DNA of 32,000 nt from Oleispira antarctica RB-8 (lineage in GTDB: Bacteria; Pseudomonadota; Gammaproteobacteria; Pseudomonadales; Oceanobacteraceae): the NCBI GenBank assembly GCA_000967895.1, contig FO203512.1:1293350-1325349 (forward strand), in the 5' to 3' direction. The notes beneath the pieces are model-generated. The model saw only the letters and a list, made by a program, of their open reading frames with translations. It was not told where the DNA came from and searched no databases. Numbering within the stretch: position 1 is the stretch's first letter; each line of letters starts with the position of its first letter. This document shows positions 1-8,216 of this stretch, piece by piece. The position numbers and the translations under genes were made by a program.

Positions 1-405
1 GGAGAAACAAAGCCGGGTGATGAGTTTTTGGTCGACTCGTCAGAAAAACAAAGCATCACCGATACGATATATCGTTTAATGGACGGCCTCAATAACCTAG
101 AAGACAATGTAGTCGATTCTGCCACACTGGATAACTTACTAGAAGATACCTTAAACAATCTAGCGTTTGCGCAATCGAGTATTTCACAAGTGCGCAGTGA
201 AGTTGGGGCGCGTTTGAATATTATTGAAAACACTTCAAGCCTAGCCGCAGATATCGATCTGGTCAGTAAGAGCGTCTTGTCTGAATTAAGCGATGTCGAT
301 TTTGCCGAAGCGGTAAGCCGATTGTCGTTGCAGACGTTTTTATTAGAAACCGCACAGCAAAGCTACGCGAAGATTCAAAATTTATCGTTGTTTAATAAAA
401 TATAA
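1..405 (+). CDS. flgL: Flagellar hook-filament junction protein FlgL (HAP3), C-terminal part; the 5' end lies left of the window
   Basis: Frame 1 is open from base 1 to TAA 403-405. The tail SQVRSEVGARLNIIEN...DVDFAEAVSRLSLQTFLLETAQQSYAKIQNLSLFNKI is the conserved flagellin-C-like terminus of FlgL. The gene lies directly upstream of flagellin, as in polar flagellar loci. Confidence 0.85.
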   Translation, partial: GETKPGDEFLVDSSEKQSITDTIYRLMDGLNNLEDNVVDSATLDNLLEDTLNNLAFAQSSISQVRSEVGARLNIIENTSSLAADIDLVSKSVLSELSDVDFAEAVSRLSLQTFLLETAQQSYAKIQNLSLFNKI

Positions 406-505
406 CGTTAATAAGCTTAAGCTATTGGTAGGTGTTATTCGGCCTGTGCGGAGAGCTAATTATTAACCATTGATGATTTAAATAAAGAACGCAGTAAAAA
501 ATGAG

Positions 506-540
506 AAAGGCGCTAAAATATTAGATTAGCGCCTTTTTTT
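506..540 (+). terminator. Rho-independent terminator after flgL
   Basis: Perfect 10-bp stem AAAGGCGCTA (506-515) / TAGCGCCTTT (527-536) with an 11-nt loop. The T run 534-540 includes the last three stem bases. Confidence 0.85.
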
Positions 541-672
541 ATGTGAAAATTCAACAAATAGAGAGATTTAACGCGCTTATAGTCTTGTTTTTCAGAATAA
601 CCAAATTCAATTATCTTATTAAAACCCTCTGTTCATATTCCAAACTCTACTAAATAAAATCTAAACTATTTC

Positions 673-699
673 TAAAGTAATCCCAAATCGTGTCGTTAA
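673..699 (+). promoter_or_regulatory. Sigma-28 (FliA) type promoter for fliC
   Basis: TAAAGTAA (673-680) and GTCGTTAA (692-699), with exactly 15 nt between TAAA and the -10 box. The -10 matches GCCGATAA at 6/8. It lies about 64 nt upstream of the fliC ATG. Confidence 0.6.
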
Positions 700-762
700 C
701 CTTATTGAAATAAAGAATTGTCCAGAAACTTGGGCGTTCAAAACTGACAGAGGGTTAACAAA

Positions 763-3396
763 ATGCCACAAATTATTAATACCAACATTGCCTCGTTGAA
801 CGCACAGCGTAACTTGGACAAATCACAGTCTTCAAACCAGCAAGCGCTACAGCGTTTATCATCAGGTCTTCGTATTAACAGTGCGAAAGACGATGCAGCA
901 GGTTTGGCGATTTCTACTCGTTTCACCTCTCAGATCAAAGGTCTGAACGTAGCAGTACGTAACGCAGGTGATGGTATCGCATTAGCACAAACCGCAGAAG
1001 GCGCGTTGGGTTCAATGAACGACAACCTTCAGCGTATTCGTGAACTGTCAGTGCAGTCTGCTAACGCAACCAACTCAGATGTGGATAGAGACGCACTGCA
1101 AGCGGAAGTGGGTCAGCTAGTAGCTGAGATTACACGTACTTCTGAAGAGACTGATTTTAATGGCCGTAAGTTGTTAGATGGTTCTTTCTCTGCTTCTTTC
1201 CAAGTTGGTGCAAACGCTGGGCAAACCATTGATGTTTCGATTGCTGAACTAACGTCTGAGAAGTTAGGTTCTTCTAGCCAAGCGGGTGTTTCTGCTCAGG
1301 GTACAGATCAAAAGCTTGAAAATGGTGATTTAGTTATTAATGGTTCAAATATTAGAGCCTCTGTTTCTGGTGACGATTCATTATCTTTTGCTGATAAAGA
1401 AAAATCAGGGATTGCCAAAGCTGCTGCGATTAATGAATTCTCTGCTGAAACGGGTGTTAGTGCAACGGTAGATGCTAACGTTGTTATTGGTTCCGATATG
1501 GCGACAGGTACTGTAACTGGGAGTGCTAAGGCAGCGGCTAATATTAAACTGAATGGTGTTGAAATCAGTATACAGGGTACATCCAATGCGAATGACTCTG
1601 ATAAATCTGCAACCCGTGGATCTGTTATCGCAGCAATTAATGCCAAAGCTGATCAAACAGGTGTAACCGCATCGGATGGTGGCAATGATGGTGGTGTTAT
1701 TTTAACAGCAGAGGATGGGCGTAACATCACTTTAGAAGGTGTTGTACAGACAGGTGTTACTGACATAACTTCTGATGGTAAAGATTTGTCCGTTTTTGGT
1801 TTATCTGATGAAAATATTGCTGCGGTTACAGCAGAAACTTCTTATGCAGGTTTTACTTTAACGGCAGAGAATGCGAATACAGATATTACTATTAGTGGTG
1901 GTAATAATACTGGCAACGGAAATCTTGAAAATTCTGGTTTGGCGGGTGGTACTTACTCTGCACAAACTGCGGTAACAAGTTCAACAGATATTACTTTAGG
2001 AAAAACAGAGGCTAATACAGTTACCTTTGCTCCAGCGGATGGTACTGGACCAGCAATAACAGCTGCAGCAGAAGCTGCAGGTTTTAATTTTAATTTTGAT
2101 GATCTAGTTACAATTGCAGATTCTGGCACTGCAGATGATGCATTTGCTGCTATTAATACTGCATTTACAGATGCTGGTTTAACAACTCAAATTACTGCAG
2201 CAGCAGGCCCAGGCGGGGTAGCTGTATCACAAGATATGATCGGCACTGCTTTTGCCAGTGCAGCGGCAGAAGCTTCTGGTATTGAGCGTGGAATTCAGGA
2301 CGGTGATATAAAAATCAATGATGTACAAGTATCAGCCTCTAGTTCATTGGATGATACGGCTTCAGATACAACGGCTAATACATCTAAAGCTGAATCATCA
2401 GGTATTGCTATTGCAGCTGCAATCAATAAGTCTTCAGGAGAAACTGGAGTAAGTGCAGCGGTTAATGAAACAGTTGTTGTAGGTGAAGGCGTTACTGGTG
2501 CGTTAACATTTGGTGATGGGACAGGTGCTGTCACGGAAGCTAATGCTGGGGCTACACTAAAATTAACAGTCAATGGTGTTGACGTTAACCTCACGGAAAC
2601 TGGAGATTTTGAGAAAAACAAGGCCGCTGCCATTACTGCAATTAACGAGGTATCTGGTCAAACCGGTGTTATTGCTAGTGATAATGGTGAGTCTTTAACA
2701 CTTACTGCTGCTGATGGAAGAAATTTATCTTTGTATGCAGAATCGTCAACTGATTTCACTGATGGGGTTGCTGCAGGCGTAGCAGGTACATTAGATGGTA
2801 CTGCTGATAAAGGAACGGACTCAGCTTTATTATTAACTAATATTAATAATTTTGGGCTAAGTGATACTTCAGTAGGTTTGAATCAAGGTGATAACCTTGC
2901 AGCTGCAGATAGTGTGATTGCAAATGCCGAGTTAACGTATTCAACAACAGCTGTTACTTCTTACTCAACGGTAACACTGGATTCAGCTTCAGCTTTTGAT
3001 GTGAGTTATGGTAGTAATGGCTCTAAGGGTCTTGATGACTCAGGCTTCGTAGCAGGAGCATTCGGTGGTGGTGAAGATGGTCAAGCCCTTTCTGATCTTG
3101 ATGTTTCAACGGTAGAAGGTGCTAATAAAGCATTGGTAGCCGTTGATAACGCCATTGCCCAGGTTGCTAGTCAGCGAGCCGATTTAGGTGCCGTTCAAAA
3201 CCGTATGGAGTCTACCGTAAGTAACTTGCAAGTGACGTCTGAAAACTTGAACGCGGCAAACTCGCGAATTCAAGATGCCGATTTCGCATCAGAAACTGCA
3301 GAGCTACAGCGTACAAACGTGCTACAGCAGGCCGGTATCTCGGTACTAGCCCAGGCTAACGCATCAGGCCAGCAGGTTCTTTCACTTCTAGGATAA
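763..3396 (+). CDS. fliC: Flagellin, unusually large (877 aa)
   Basis: The N terminus [18 protein letters not shown]...[19 protein letters not shown]...[19 protein letters not shown] and the C terminus [15 protein letters not shown]...[45 protein letters not shown] are canonical flagellin D0/D1 segments. An RBS AGAGGG lies upstream. The central region of about 615 aa is T/A/G/S/D/N-rich. Confidence 0.97.
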   Translation: MPQIINTNIASLNAQRNLDKSQSSNQQALQRLSSGLRINSAKDDAAGLAISTRFTSQIKGLNVAVRNAGDGIALAQTAEGALGSMNDNLQRIRELSVQSANATNSDVDRDALQAEVGQLVAEITRTSEETDFNGRKLLDGSFSASFQVGANAGQTIDVSIAELTSEKLGSSSQAGVSAQGTDQKLENGDLVINGSNIRASVSGDDSLSFADKEKSGIAKAAAINEFSAETGVSATVDANVVIGSDMATGTVTGSAKAAANIKLNGVEISIQGTSNANDSDKSATRGSVIAAINAKADQTGVTASDGGNDGGVILTAEDGRNITLEGVVQTGVTDITSDGKDLSVFGLSDENIAAVTAETSYAGFTLTAENANTDITISGGNNTGNGNLENSGLAGGTYSAQTAVTSSTDITLGKTEANTVTFAPADGTGPAITAAAEAAGFNFNFDDLVTIADSGTADDAFAAINTAFTDAGLTTQITAAAGPGGVAVSQDMIGTAFASAAAEASGIERGIQDGDIKINDVQVSASSSLDDTASDTTANTSKAESSGIAIAAAINKSSGETGVSAAVNETVVVGEGVTGALTFGDGTGAVTEANAGATLKLTVNGVDVNLTETGDFEKNKAAAITAINEVSGQTGVIASDNGESLTLTAADGRNLSLYAESSTDFTDGVAAGVAGTLDGTADKGTDSALLLTNINNFGLSDTSVGLNQGDNLAAADSVIANAELTYSTTAVTSYSTVTLDSASAFDVSYGSNGSKGLDDSGFVAGAFGGGEDGQALSDLDVSTVEGANKALVAVDNAIAQVASQRADLGAVQNRMESTVSNLQVTSENLNAANSRIQDADFASETAELQRTNVLQQAGISVLAQANASGQQVLSLLG
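1318..1917 (+). repeat. Flagellin outer-domain module copy 1 (aa 186-385)
   Basis: [12 protein letters not shown]...[22 protein letters not shown]...[10 protein letters not shown]...[23 protein letters not shown]...[13 protein letters not shown]...VFGLSDE... aligns in the same order with copy 2. Confidence 0.75.
2296..3015 (+). repeat. Flagellin outer-domain module copy 2 (aa 512-751)
   Basis: [12 protein letters not shown]...[22 protein letters not shown]...[12 protein letters not shown]...[23 protein letters not shown]...[13 protein letters not shown]...NFGLSDT... has the same motif order as copy 1. It is diverged, so this is a protein-level duplication. Confidence 0.75.
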
Positions 3397-3410
3397 GTCG
3401 CAAGACTTAT

Positions 3411-3454
3411 AGAAACTCTCTATAGCGTTAATAACACTATAGAGATGTTTCTTT
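3411..3454 (+). terminator. Long A/U-rich hairpin after fliC (possible weak terminator or attenuator)
   Basis: AGAAACTCTCTATAG (3411-3425) pairs with CTATAGAGATGTTTCT (3437-3452): 15 bp with one bulge and an 11-nt loop. Only a short T stretch follows, so termination efficiency is uncertain. Confidence 0.45.
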
Positions 3455-3547
3455 CCCAATCGCTTTATAAACTAATATGTATTCATTTAGGTATTAGAAT
3501 TTTGAAGCTAGGGAACTAGGAAAGAATCTTAGCCATTGAGGTGATTT

Positions 3548-3958
3548 ATGATTGATATGAAAGCACATTTAACCGATAGAGTTTCGTTAGTTCAGAAAAA
3601 CGCAACTCCGCTTTCATCATCCGCTGCTAGTGCTTATGGAAAAGAACAAGTTGCAGCAACAGGTAAAATCGAGAGTACGAATGTGAGTGGCAATGGTTTG
3701 CCACAAAATGTAGAAAAGATTGCCGAAGTTAGTAATGAACAGATGAGAGATGCTGTTTCTAAACTAAATGATTATGTGCAATCAACGGAACGCACCCTCG
3801 ATTTTCAAATGGATGAAGATAGCGGTAAAACAGTGATTAAGGTGTTCGATAAGACCTCTTCAGAATTAATTCGTCAGATACCTAACGAATTAGCTTTAGA
3901 GTTGGCGCAAAACTTGAATGATGATGAACCATCGTTATTGTTTAGCGCCCAAGTGTGA
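3548..3958 (+). CDS. flaG: Flagellar protein FlaG
   Basis: The C-terminal half LDFQMDEDSGKTVIKVFDKTSSELIRQIPNELALELAQNL is the FlaG family signature. An RBS GAGGTG lies upstream. The gene sits in the conserved position between flagellin and fliD. Confidence 0.9.
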   Translation: MIDMKAHLTDRVSLVQKNATPLSSSAASAYGKEQVAATGKIESTNVSGNGLPQNVEKIAEVSNEQMRDAVSKLNDYVQSTERTLDFQMDEDSGKTVIKVFDKTSSELIRQIPNELALELAQNLNDDEPSLLFSAQV

Positions 3959-4007
3959 CATTAAGAACTATTCATTAGTACTTTAAGCACTTATTTAAAG
4001 ATTGAGC

Positions 4008-4034
4008 TAAAAATAACCCCAGACTGGCCGATAA
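4008..4034 (+). promoter_or_regulatory. Sigma-28 (FliA) promoter for fliD, consensus match
   Basis: TAAA (4008-4011), 15 nt, then GCCGATAA (4027-4034). The -10 is an 8/8 match at the canonical spacing, 65 nt upstream of the fliD ATG. Confidence 0.75.
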
Positions 4035-4053
4035 GGTTAGTACTGGGGTTTTT
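4015..4053 (+). terminator. Hairpin plus T run after flaG, overlapping the fliD promoter
   Basis: AACCCCAG (4015-4022) pairs with CTGGGGTT (4043-4050). Additional inner pairs are ACT/AGT and GGCC/GGTT. TTT follows at 4051-4053. Confidence 0.55.
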
Positions 4054-4098
4054 GCGTTTAAGCAATTCCTAATTGCGTTAGAAAGGTGGAGGCATGCT

Positions 4099-7000
4099 AT
4101 GGCTGCTATTGAATCGTTAGGGTTAGGGTCAGGAGTTTTAACCAATGACTTGGTTGAAAAAATCATAGGTGCAACCCGTGAAGCCTCAGACAAACGTTTG
4201 GAGCGCGATGAAACTGTATTGGATGCACGTATTACCGCCTATGGTGAAATTAAATCGCTTGCATCTATCTTGCAGTCTGCGACCAGTGCGCTGTCTTTAC
4301 CCTCTACCGCAGGCTCTACGACGGCCTCATCTTCAGATGAATCGATCTTAACGACTGAAGCATCCATTCTTGCCGAGCCGGGTACTTATAGTGTTGAAGT
4401 CTTAAATACCGCCAAAGCCCACAGTGTAGTAACGGATGCGTATAGCAGTATTGATGAAATTATTGGTGTTGGTGAGATTCAAATCACCTTTGGTGAAATT
4501 ACCTATGACGGCACAGGTGGTTTTTTAAGCCAAGATATTGACCCAACGAAGGGGGGTCCACCGATTACGATTGATGATTCGAATAAAACCTTAAGTGGCA
4601 TTCGAGAAGCGATTAATAATGCCAATATTGGTGCTAAAGCCTCGATTATTAACGACGGTTCAGGTTATCGCTTGGTGATTAGCTCTGAAAATACGGGTGA
4701 AAATAATGCCATGCGTATTATGACCCTTGATGACCTGGGTGGCGTGGCAACAACGGGTCTTTCTTCTATTGCCTATAACGAAGAGCAAAACGGCGCTGGT
4801 ACCATGACGCAAACCGCTAAAGGTGAAGACGCGTTATTAAAAGCCAATGGTCTAACCATTACTCGTGAGTCAAATTCGATTGAAGAAGTTGTGCCGGGTG
4901 TTACTCTCAATTTATTATCAGCTGATGTTGGTAAACCCATTTCTATTGTCGTTGCACCTGATACTGCGGGCATTCAAGAAAAAATCCAAGATTTTGTGAA
5001 TGCGTATAATGAGTTTAAAAAATTCTCAGATGATTTAACGTCATTTAACTCCGATACCGAACAAGCGGGTTTGTTATTAGGGGATTCTACCCTACGTGGC
5101 ATTCAATCACAGGTTCGTTCGATGATCAGCCAGCCAATTGAAGGCTTGAGTGGAAAGTTTCGCTCGTTAACTGAATTGGGTGTGAATACTGATAGAACGA
5201 ATGATTTTTTATTGGACTTTGATCCTGCCGTTTTTTCAAAAGCGATGAAAGAAGATCGTGAATCGATTATTAGTATTTTGGCAAAAAGTGGTACGGCCGA
5301 AGATGCGCAAATTCGTTATGTGAATGACTCGGTTAATACTCAGCCTGGTACTTATGGTGTTGAAGTCACGCAGCTAGCAACACAGGCTATTTATCAGGGT
5401 GGCAGTGTGGCGGGTTTAGATTTTTCTAGCCCAGTAACGATTGACGAAAGTAATAATAATTTCACCTTAAACCTTAACGGCAAGAACGAGCAAATTACGT
5501 TAACGTCGGGCAGCTATGCAACGGGTGACGAATTAGCCAAGCAAATTGGATTTCAGATAAACAGCAATGAAACGTATAAGAAATTTTCTTATGGTGTGAC
5601 GGTTGATTACGATGCTATTGGTAATAACTTTTCTATTACGTCGAATAAATACGGTGAAGATTCTAAAATTTCGTTTACCAGTACCGATTCTAATAGTGCC
5701 AATACGCTAGGGTTCAATACACTGGGTAAGGGACTTTATGAAGGGGTATCACTGACGACCTTAGGCAGTGATACATTTTTAGGTAAGGGTTCTACAACAC
5801 AGCCAGGTAATCGTTCGGTAGCGGAATCTGAAGGTATTAACTTTGCGACGAGTAATGCGACCTTTTCGTTAGATATTGGTGGTGGCGCTATTCCTGTGAC
5901 CGTCAATCTGAATGCTGCGGGCAATGATTTAAACGGCGATAGTGTTATTGGCGATCGTAAGGATACGCTGCAAGCTATTCAAACCGCGATTGATGCCACG
6001 GCACTGAATGGCGATGTGATCGCTGACTTCGACGATAATGGCTTCTTAACATTTACCACGTCGGCGCTGGGCACGGCTCAGCAAATAAATTTAAGCAATG
6101 TAGGCAGTACCAGTAGCGATACAGTATTGGGCTTAAACGGTACACAGGGTGTTCAAACCAATGGTGATGATGCTGGTTTAACGCTTGGGTCTGCCACAGA
6201 ATTTAATATGGCGGTTGACGGTATTGGTACGACAGCGAAAGTTAACGTACCGGCAGGAACCTATTTAACGGGGGCTGATTTAGCCGCCGCCGTTGAGCTA
6301 GCAATGGATACGGCTTTAAGCACTGACGCTGCATTTGCAGGGTTAACCAAAGGTGGCGAGTCGGGTACGGGCAGTCGAGATATTAGTACGGCTATCGACT
6401 TTTCAACCGCTAACGCTGGCTTCATGTTAAATGTTTCTGGGGTTGAAAAAGAGATTGTTGTTAGTGGTAATGACCCTGATAACATCGTTAACATACAAGC
6501 TGCTTTAGATTCTGAATTTGGCGCTGGAATAGTCACTGCAAGCTTAGACGGTACAGGATTAAAACTGGCGTCAGTCGCAACCGGCCATAATGAATATTTA
6601 GAAGTAACATCTGATGGCCGTGGCGCGCAAACTGATACCAGTTCTGCTGTGACTAACATTACCACGGGTATTGATTTTAGTGGTGTCGGTAATAATGCCA
6701 CCTTTACCTTAGCGGTCGATGGCGTTGATATTAACGTTGATGTGAATGCCAATGGCAGCGCAGGCACGAACGATGCGGCTTCTACTTTGACCGTGGTTCA
6801 GCGTGCGTTAGATACGGCATTGCAAGCGAGTGGTCAATTCACGGCAGGTGATGTTATGGCTAAACTGGATAGCGGCGGTAATTTATTCTTTGAAACTCAA
6901 TCTAAAAATGGTGTTAAAACGGCTGCAACCTATGGTTCTGGCGCGAGTATTGAGGTTAAAAATATTGATGCTAACGCCTCGGCTAGTTTAGGATTAGCAG

Positions 7001-8055
7001 CCGGTACGACGTCTAATGGTTATGATACGTTAGGTTTTGATGATACACGCCGCTATGGTTATGACGTCGAAGCGGATGTGAGTTATGTCTATGACGCTGA
7101 AAAAGATCTAGGATCTCTGCAAATTAATGTGGGTGGTAATGCGACTCAGGTTTCGTTTACTGATATTGATCCGGCGGCAATTTCTATTTTAGGTTTGCAG
7201 GATGCAGCAACTTATTCTCCTAAGGTGGCTCAAGGGCAAAACGTTGAAGGCAAAATCAATGGTGTCGAAGCGAAAGGTAATGGTCAGTACCTTTCTGCGA
7301 CGGATGGAAATAAAAAAGCCAGTAACGGTTTCTATATTGCTAATGCTGCGGCTGATTTTTCAGCAGGTGTGAATCTTGATGCAACGAATAATACTTTTAC
7401 TATTAAAGTCGATGGTGTTGAACGTACCATTAGTTTAGCGCAGCCAGCCCCTTATAATACCGGTGAAGGTTTGGCAGCAGCGCTGCAAGCGGCAATCAAT
7501 GAAGATGCTGTTTTTAAAGCCGATAAAATATCGGTGAAGGTAGAATATAACGATGATCCTTCGTCTTTCTCGTATCAAAAATTCGGTATTATCTCGGCTT
7601 CAACGGGAGAAGATTCTTCGGTTGAAATGGTTGATGTTCCTGGGCCTACTTCAGCCATTTTTGGTTTTGTAAATGGTAAGGCTGAAGGTGAAACAGGTAA
7701 AGCTCAGGTAGGGAATATTGATCCTTCGAGTGGTATTCGTATGAAAATTACGGGCGGCGCACTCGGTGATCGCGGTAGCATCACTTATGTATCGGGTTTT
7801 GCTGATCAATTAAATGCTAGCCTGTTATCTATGTTAGATAGTGGTGATGGTTTAATTACGAATAAATTAAATGCATTAGATAACGATAAAGTGCAGCTAG
7901 CTGAAAAAAGAGAGCGTTTAGAAACACGAATGTCAGCGCAAGAAGCTCGGTTAAAAAGTCAGTTTTTATATAACGATGCTCTTGTTTCTAAATTGAATTC
8001 AACAGGTGATTTTATCACCCAGCAATTCGAAGCGATGAATAACTATGGTAAATAG
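4099..8055 (+). CDS. fliD: Flagellar filament cap protein FliD (HAP2), giant form (1318 aa)
   Basis: N terminus MAAIESLGLGSGVLTNDLVEKIIGATREASDKRLERDETVLDARITAYGEIKS; IN motif LSGIREAINNANIGAKASIINDGSGYRLVISS; C terminus GSITYVSGFADQLNASLLSML...KRERLETRMSAQEARLKSQFLYNDALVSKLNSTGDFITQQFEAM. All are typical FliD. An RBS AGGTGGAGG lies upstream. Confidence 0.95.
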   Translation: MAAIESLGLGSGVLTNDLVEKIIGATREASDKRLERDETVLDARITAYGEIKSLASILQSATSALSLPSTAGSTTASSSDESILTTEASILAEPGTYSVEVLNTAKAHSVVTDAYSSIDEIIGVGEIQITFGEITYDGTGGFLSQDIDPTKGGPPITIDDSNKTLSGIREAINNANIGAKASIINDGSGYRLVISSENTGENNAMRIMTLDDLGGVATTGLSSIAYNEEQNGAGTMTQTAKGEDALLKANGLTITRESNSIEEVVPGVTLNLLSADVGKPISIVVAPDTAGIQEKIQDFVNAYNEFKKFSDDLTSFNSDTEQAGLLLGDSTLRGIQSQVRSMISQPIEGLSGKFRSLTELGVNTDRTNDFLLDFDPAVFSKAMKEDRESIISILAKSGTAEDAQIRYVNDSVNTQPGTYGVEVTQLATQAIYQGGSVAGLDFSSPVTIDESNNNFTLNLNGKNEQITLTSGSYATGDELAKQIGFQINSNETYKKFSYGVTVDYDAIGNNFSITSNKYGEDSKISFTSTDSNSANTLGFNTLGKGLYEGVSLTTLGSDTFLGKGSTTQPGNRSVAESEGINFATSNATFSLDIGGGAIPVTVNLNAAGNDLNGDSVIGDRKDTLQAIQTAIDATALNGDVIADFDDNGFLTFTTSALGTAQQINLSNVGSTSSDTVLGLNGTQGVQTNGDDAGLTLGSATEFNMAVDGIGTTAKVNVPAGTYLTGADLAAAVELAMDTALSTDAAFAGLTKGGESGTGSRDISTAIDFSTANAGFMLNVSGVEKEIVVSGNDPDNIVNIQAALDSEFGAGIVTASLDGTGLKLASVATGHNEYLEVTSDGRGAQTDTSSAVTNITTGIDFSGVGNNATFTLAVDGVDINVDVNANGSAGTNDAASTLTVVQRALDTALQASGQFTAGDVMAKLDSGGNLFFETQSKNGVKTAATYGSGASIEVKNIDANASASLGLAAGTTSNGYDTLGFDDTRRYGYDVEADVSYVYDAEKDLGSLQINVGGNATQVSFTDIDPAAISILGLQDAATYSPKVAQGQNVEGKINGVEAKGNGQYLSATDGNKKASNGFYIANAAADFSAGVNLDATNNTFTIKVDGVERTISLAQPAPYNTGEGLAAALQAAINEDAVFKADKISVKVEYNDDPSSFSYQKFGIISASTGEDSSVEMVDVPGPTSAIFGFVNGKAEGETGKAQVGNIDPSSGIRMKITGGALGDRGSITYVSGFADQLNASLLSMLDSGDGLITNKLNALDNDKVQLAEKRERLETRMSAQEARLKSQFLYNDALVSKLNSTGDFITQQFEAMNNYGK
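5419..7713 (+). repeat. Array of about six diverged modules of 80-110 aa inserted in FliD (aa about 441-1205)
   Basis: Recurrent core N-x-x-F-x-[LMI]-x-[VLI]-[DNGS]-G-(4)-[IV]-x-[VL] followed by a helix-like L-x-x-A-[LI]-[QD]-x-A-[IL]. Examples: NNNFTLNLNGKNEQITL..ELAKQIGFQIN; NATFSLDIGGGAIPVTV..LQAIQTAIDAT; TEFNMAVDGIGTTAKVNV..LAAAVELAMDTA; AGFMLNVSGVEKEIVV..IVNIQAALDSE; NATFTLAVDGVDINVDV..LTVVQRALDTALQ; NNTFTIKVDGVERTISL..LAAALQAAINED. Confidence 0.7.
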
Positions 8056-8127
8056 TTATTCAATACAGTGATGTGTCATTCAACATGGTCATACGTCGTT
8101 ATTTAAAATAACGTATAGTCAGATAAT

Positions 8128-8165
8128 AAAAAGGCCTTTGAAGTAAAAATTCCAAGGCCTTTTTT
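8128..8165. terminator. Bidirectional rho-independent terminator between the convergent fliD and methyltransferase genes
   Basis: Perfect 11-bp stem AAAAAGGCCTT (8128-8138) / AAGGCCTTTTT (8154-8164) with a 15-nt loop. The A run on the left and the T run on the right let it terminate both strands. Confidence 0.85.
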
Positions 8166-8216
8166 ATGCTGAAATAATTTAGATGTTGTTCCCGTTTTAT
8201 TCTCGTTTTATTAGAT

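Noticed and set aside
738-926. 62-aa minus-strand ORF overlapping the fliC start and leader
   Set aside because: It is antisense to the highly conserved flagellin N terminus, and no promoter or RBS is evident. It is spurious.
1308-2633. Minus-strand ORFs inside fliC (1308-1646, 1405-1656, 2295-2633) of 83-112 aa
   Set aside because: They lie entirely antisense to a gene with unmistakable flagellin termini and have low-complexity A/S/T/P-rich translations with no RBS. The two 112-aa ones only mirror the internal duplication of fliC. They are shadow ORFs.
763-3396. Possibility that the large flagellin is an enzymatic flagellin (flagellinolysin-type metalloprotease insert)
   Set aside because: No HExxH motif is present, and by eye the protein has no histidine at all. 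The insert is built from IN-motif repeats instead.
4056-4075. Sigma-54-like sequence AAGCAATTCCTAATTGCG upstream of fliD
   Set aside because: When TTGC is aligned to the -12 position, the -24 position reads GCAATT with no GG dinucleotide at the required spacing. The consensus-matching sigma-28 promoter 30 nt upstream is the better explanation.
3975-4193. 72-aa minus-strand ORF across the flaG-fliD intergenic region
   Set aside because: It spans a terminator hairpin and promoter and overlaps the conserved FliD N terminus in antisense. It has no RBS.
4169-6767. ORFs overlapping fliD (4169-4351 +, 4773-4973 -, 5736-5924 -, 6261-6767 -)
   Set aside because: They are alternative-frame or antisense shadows of a continuous 1318-aa FliD frame. 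Their compositions are biased and they have no recognisable motifs.
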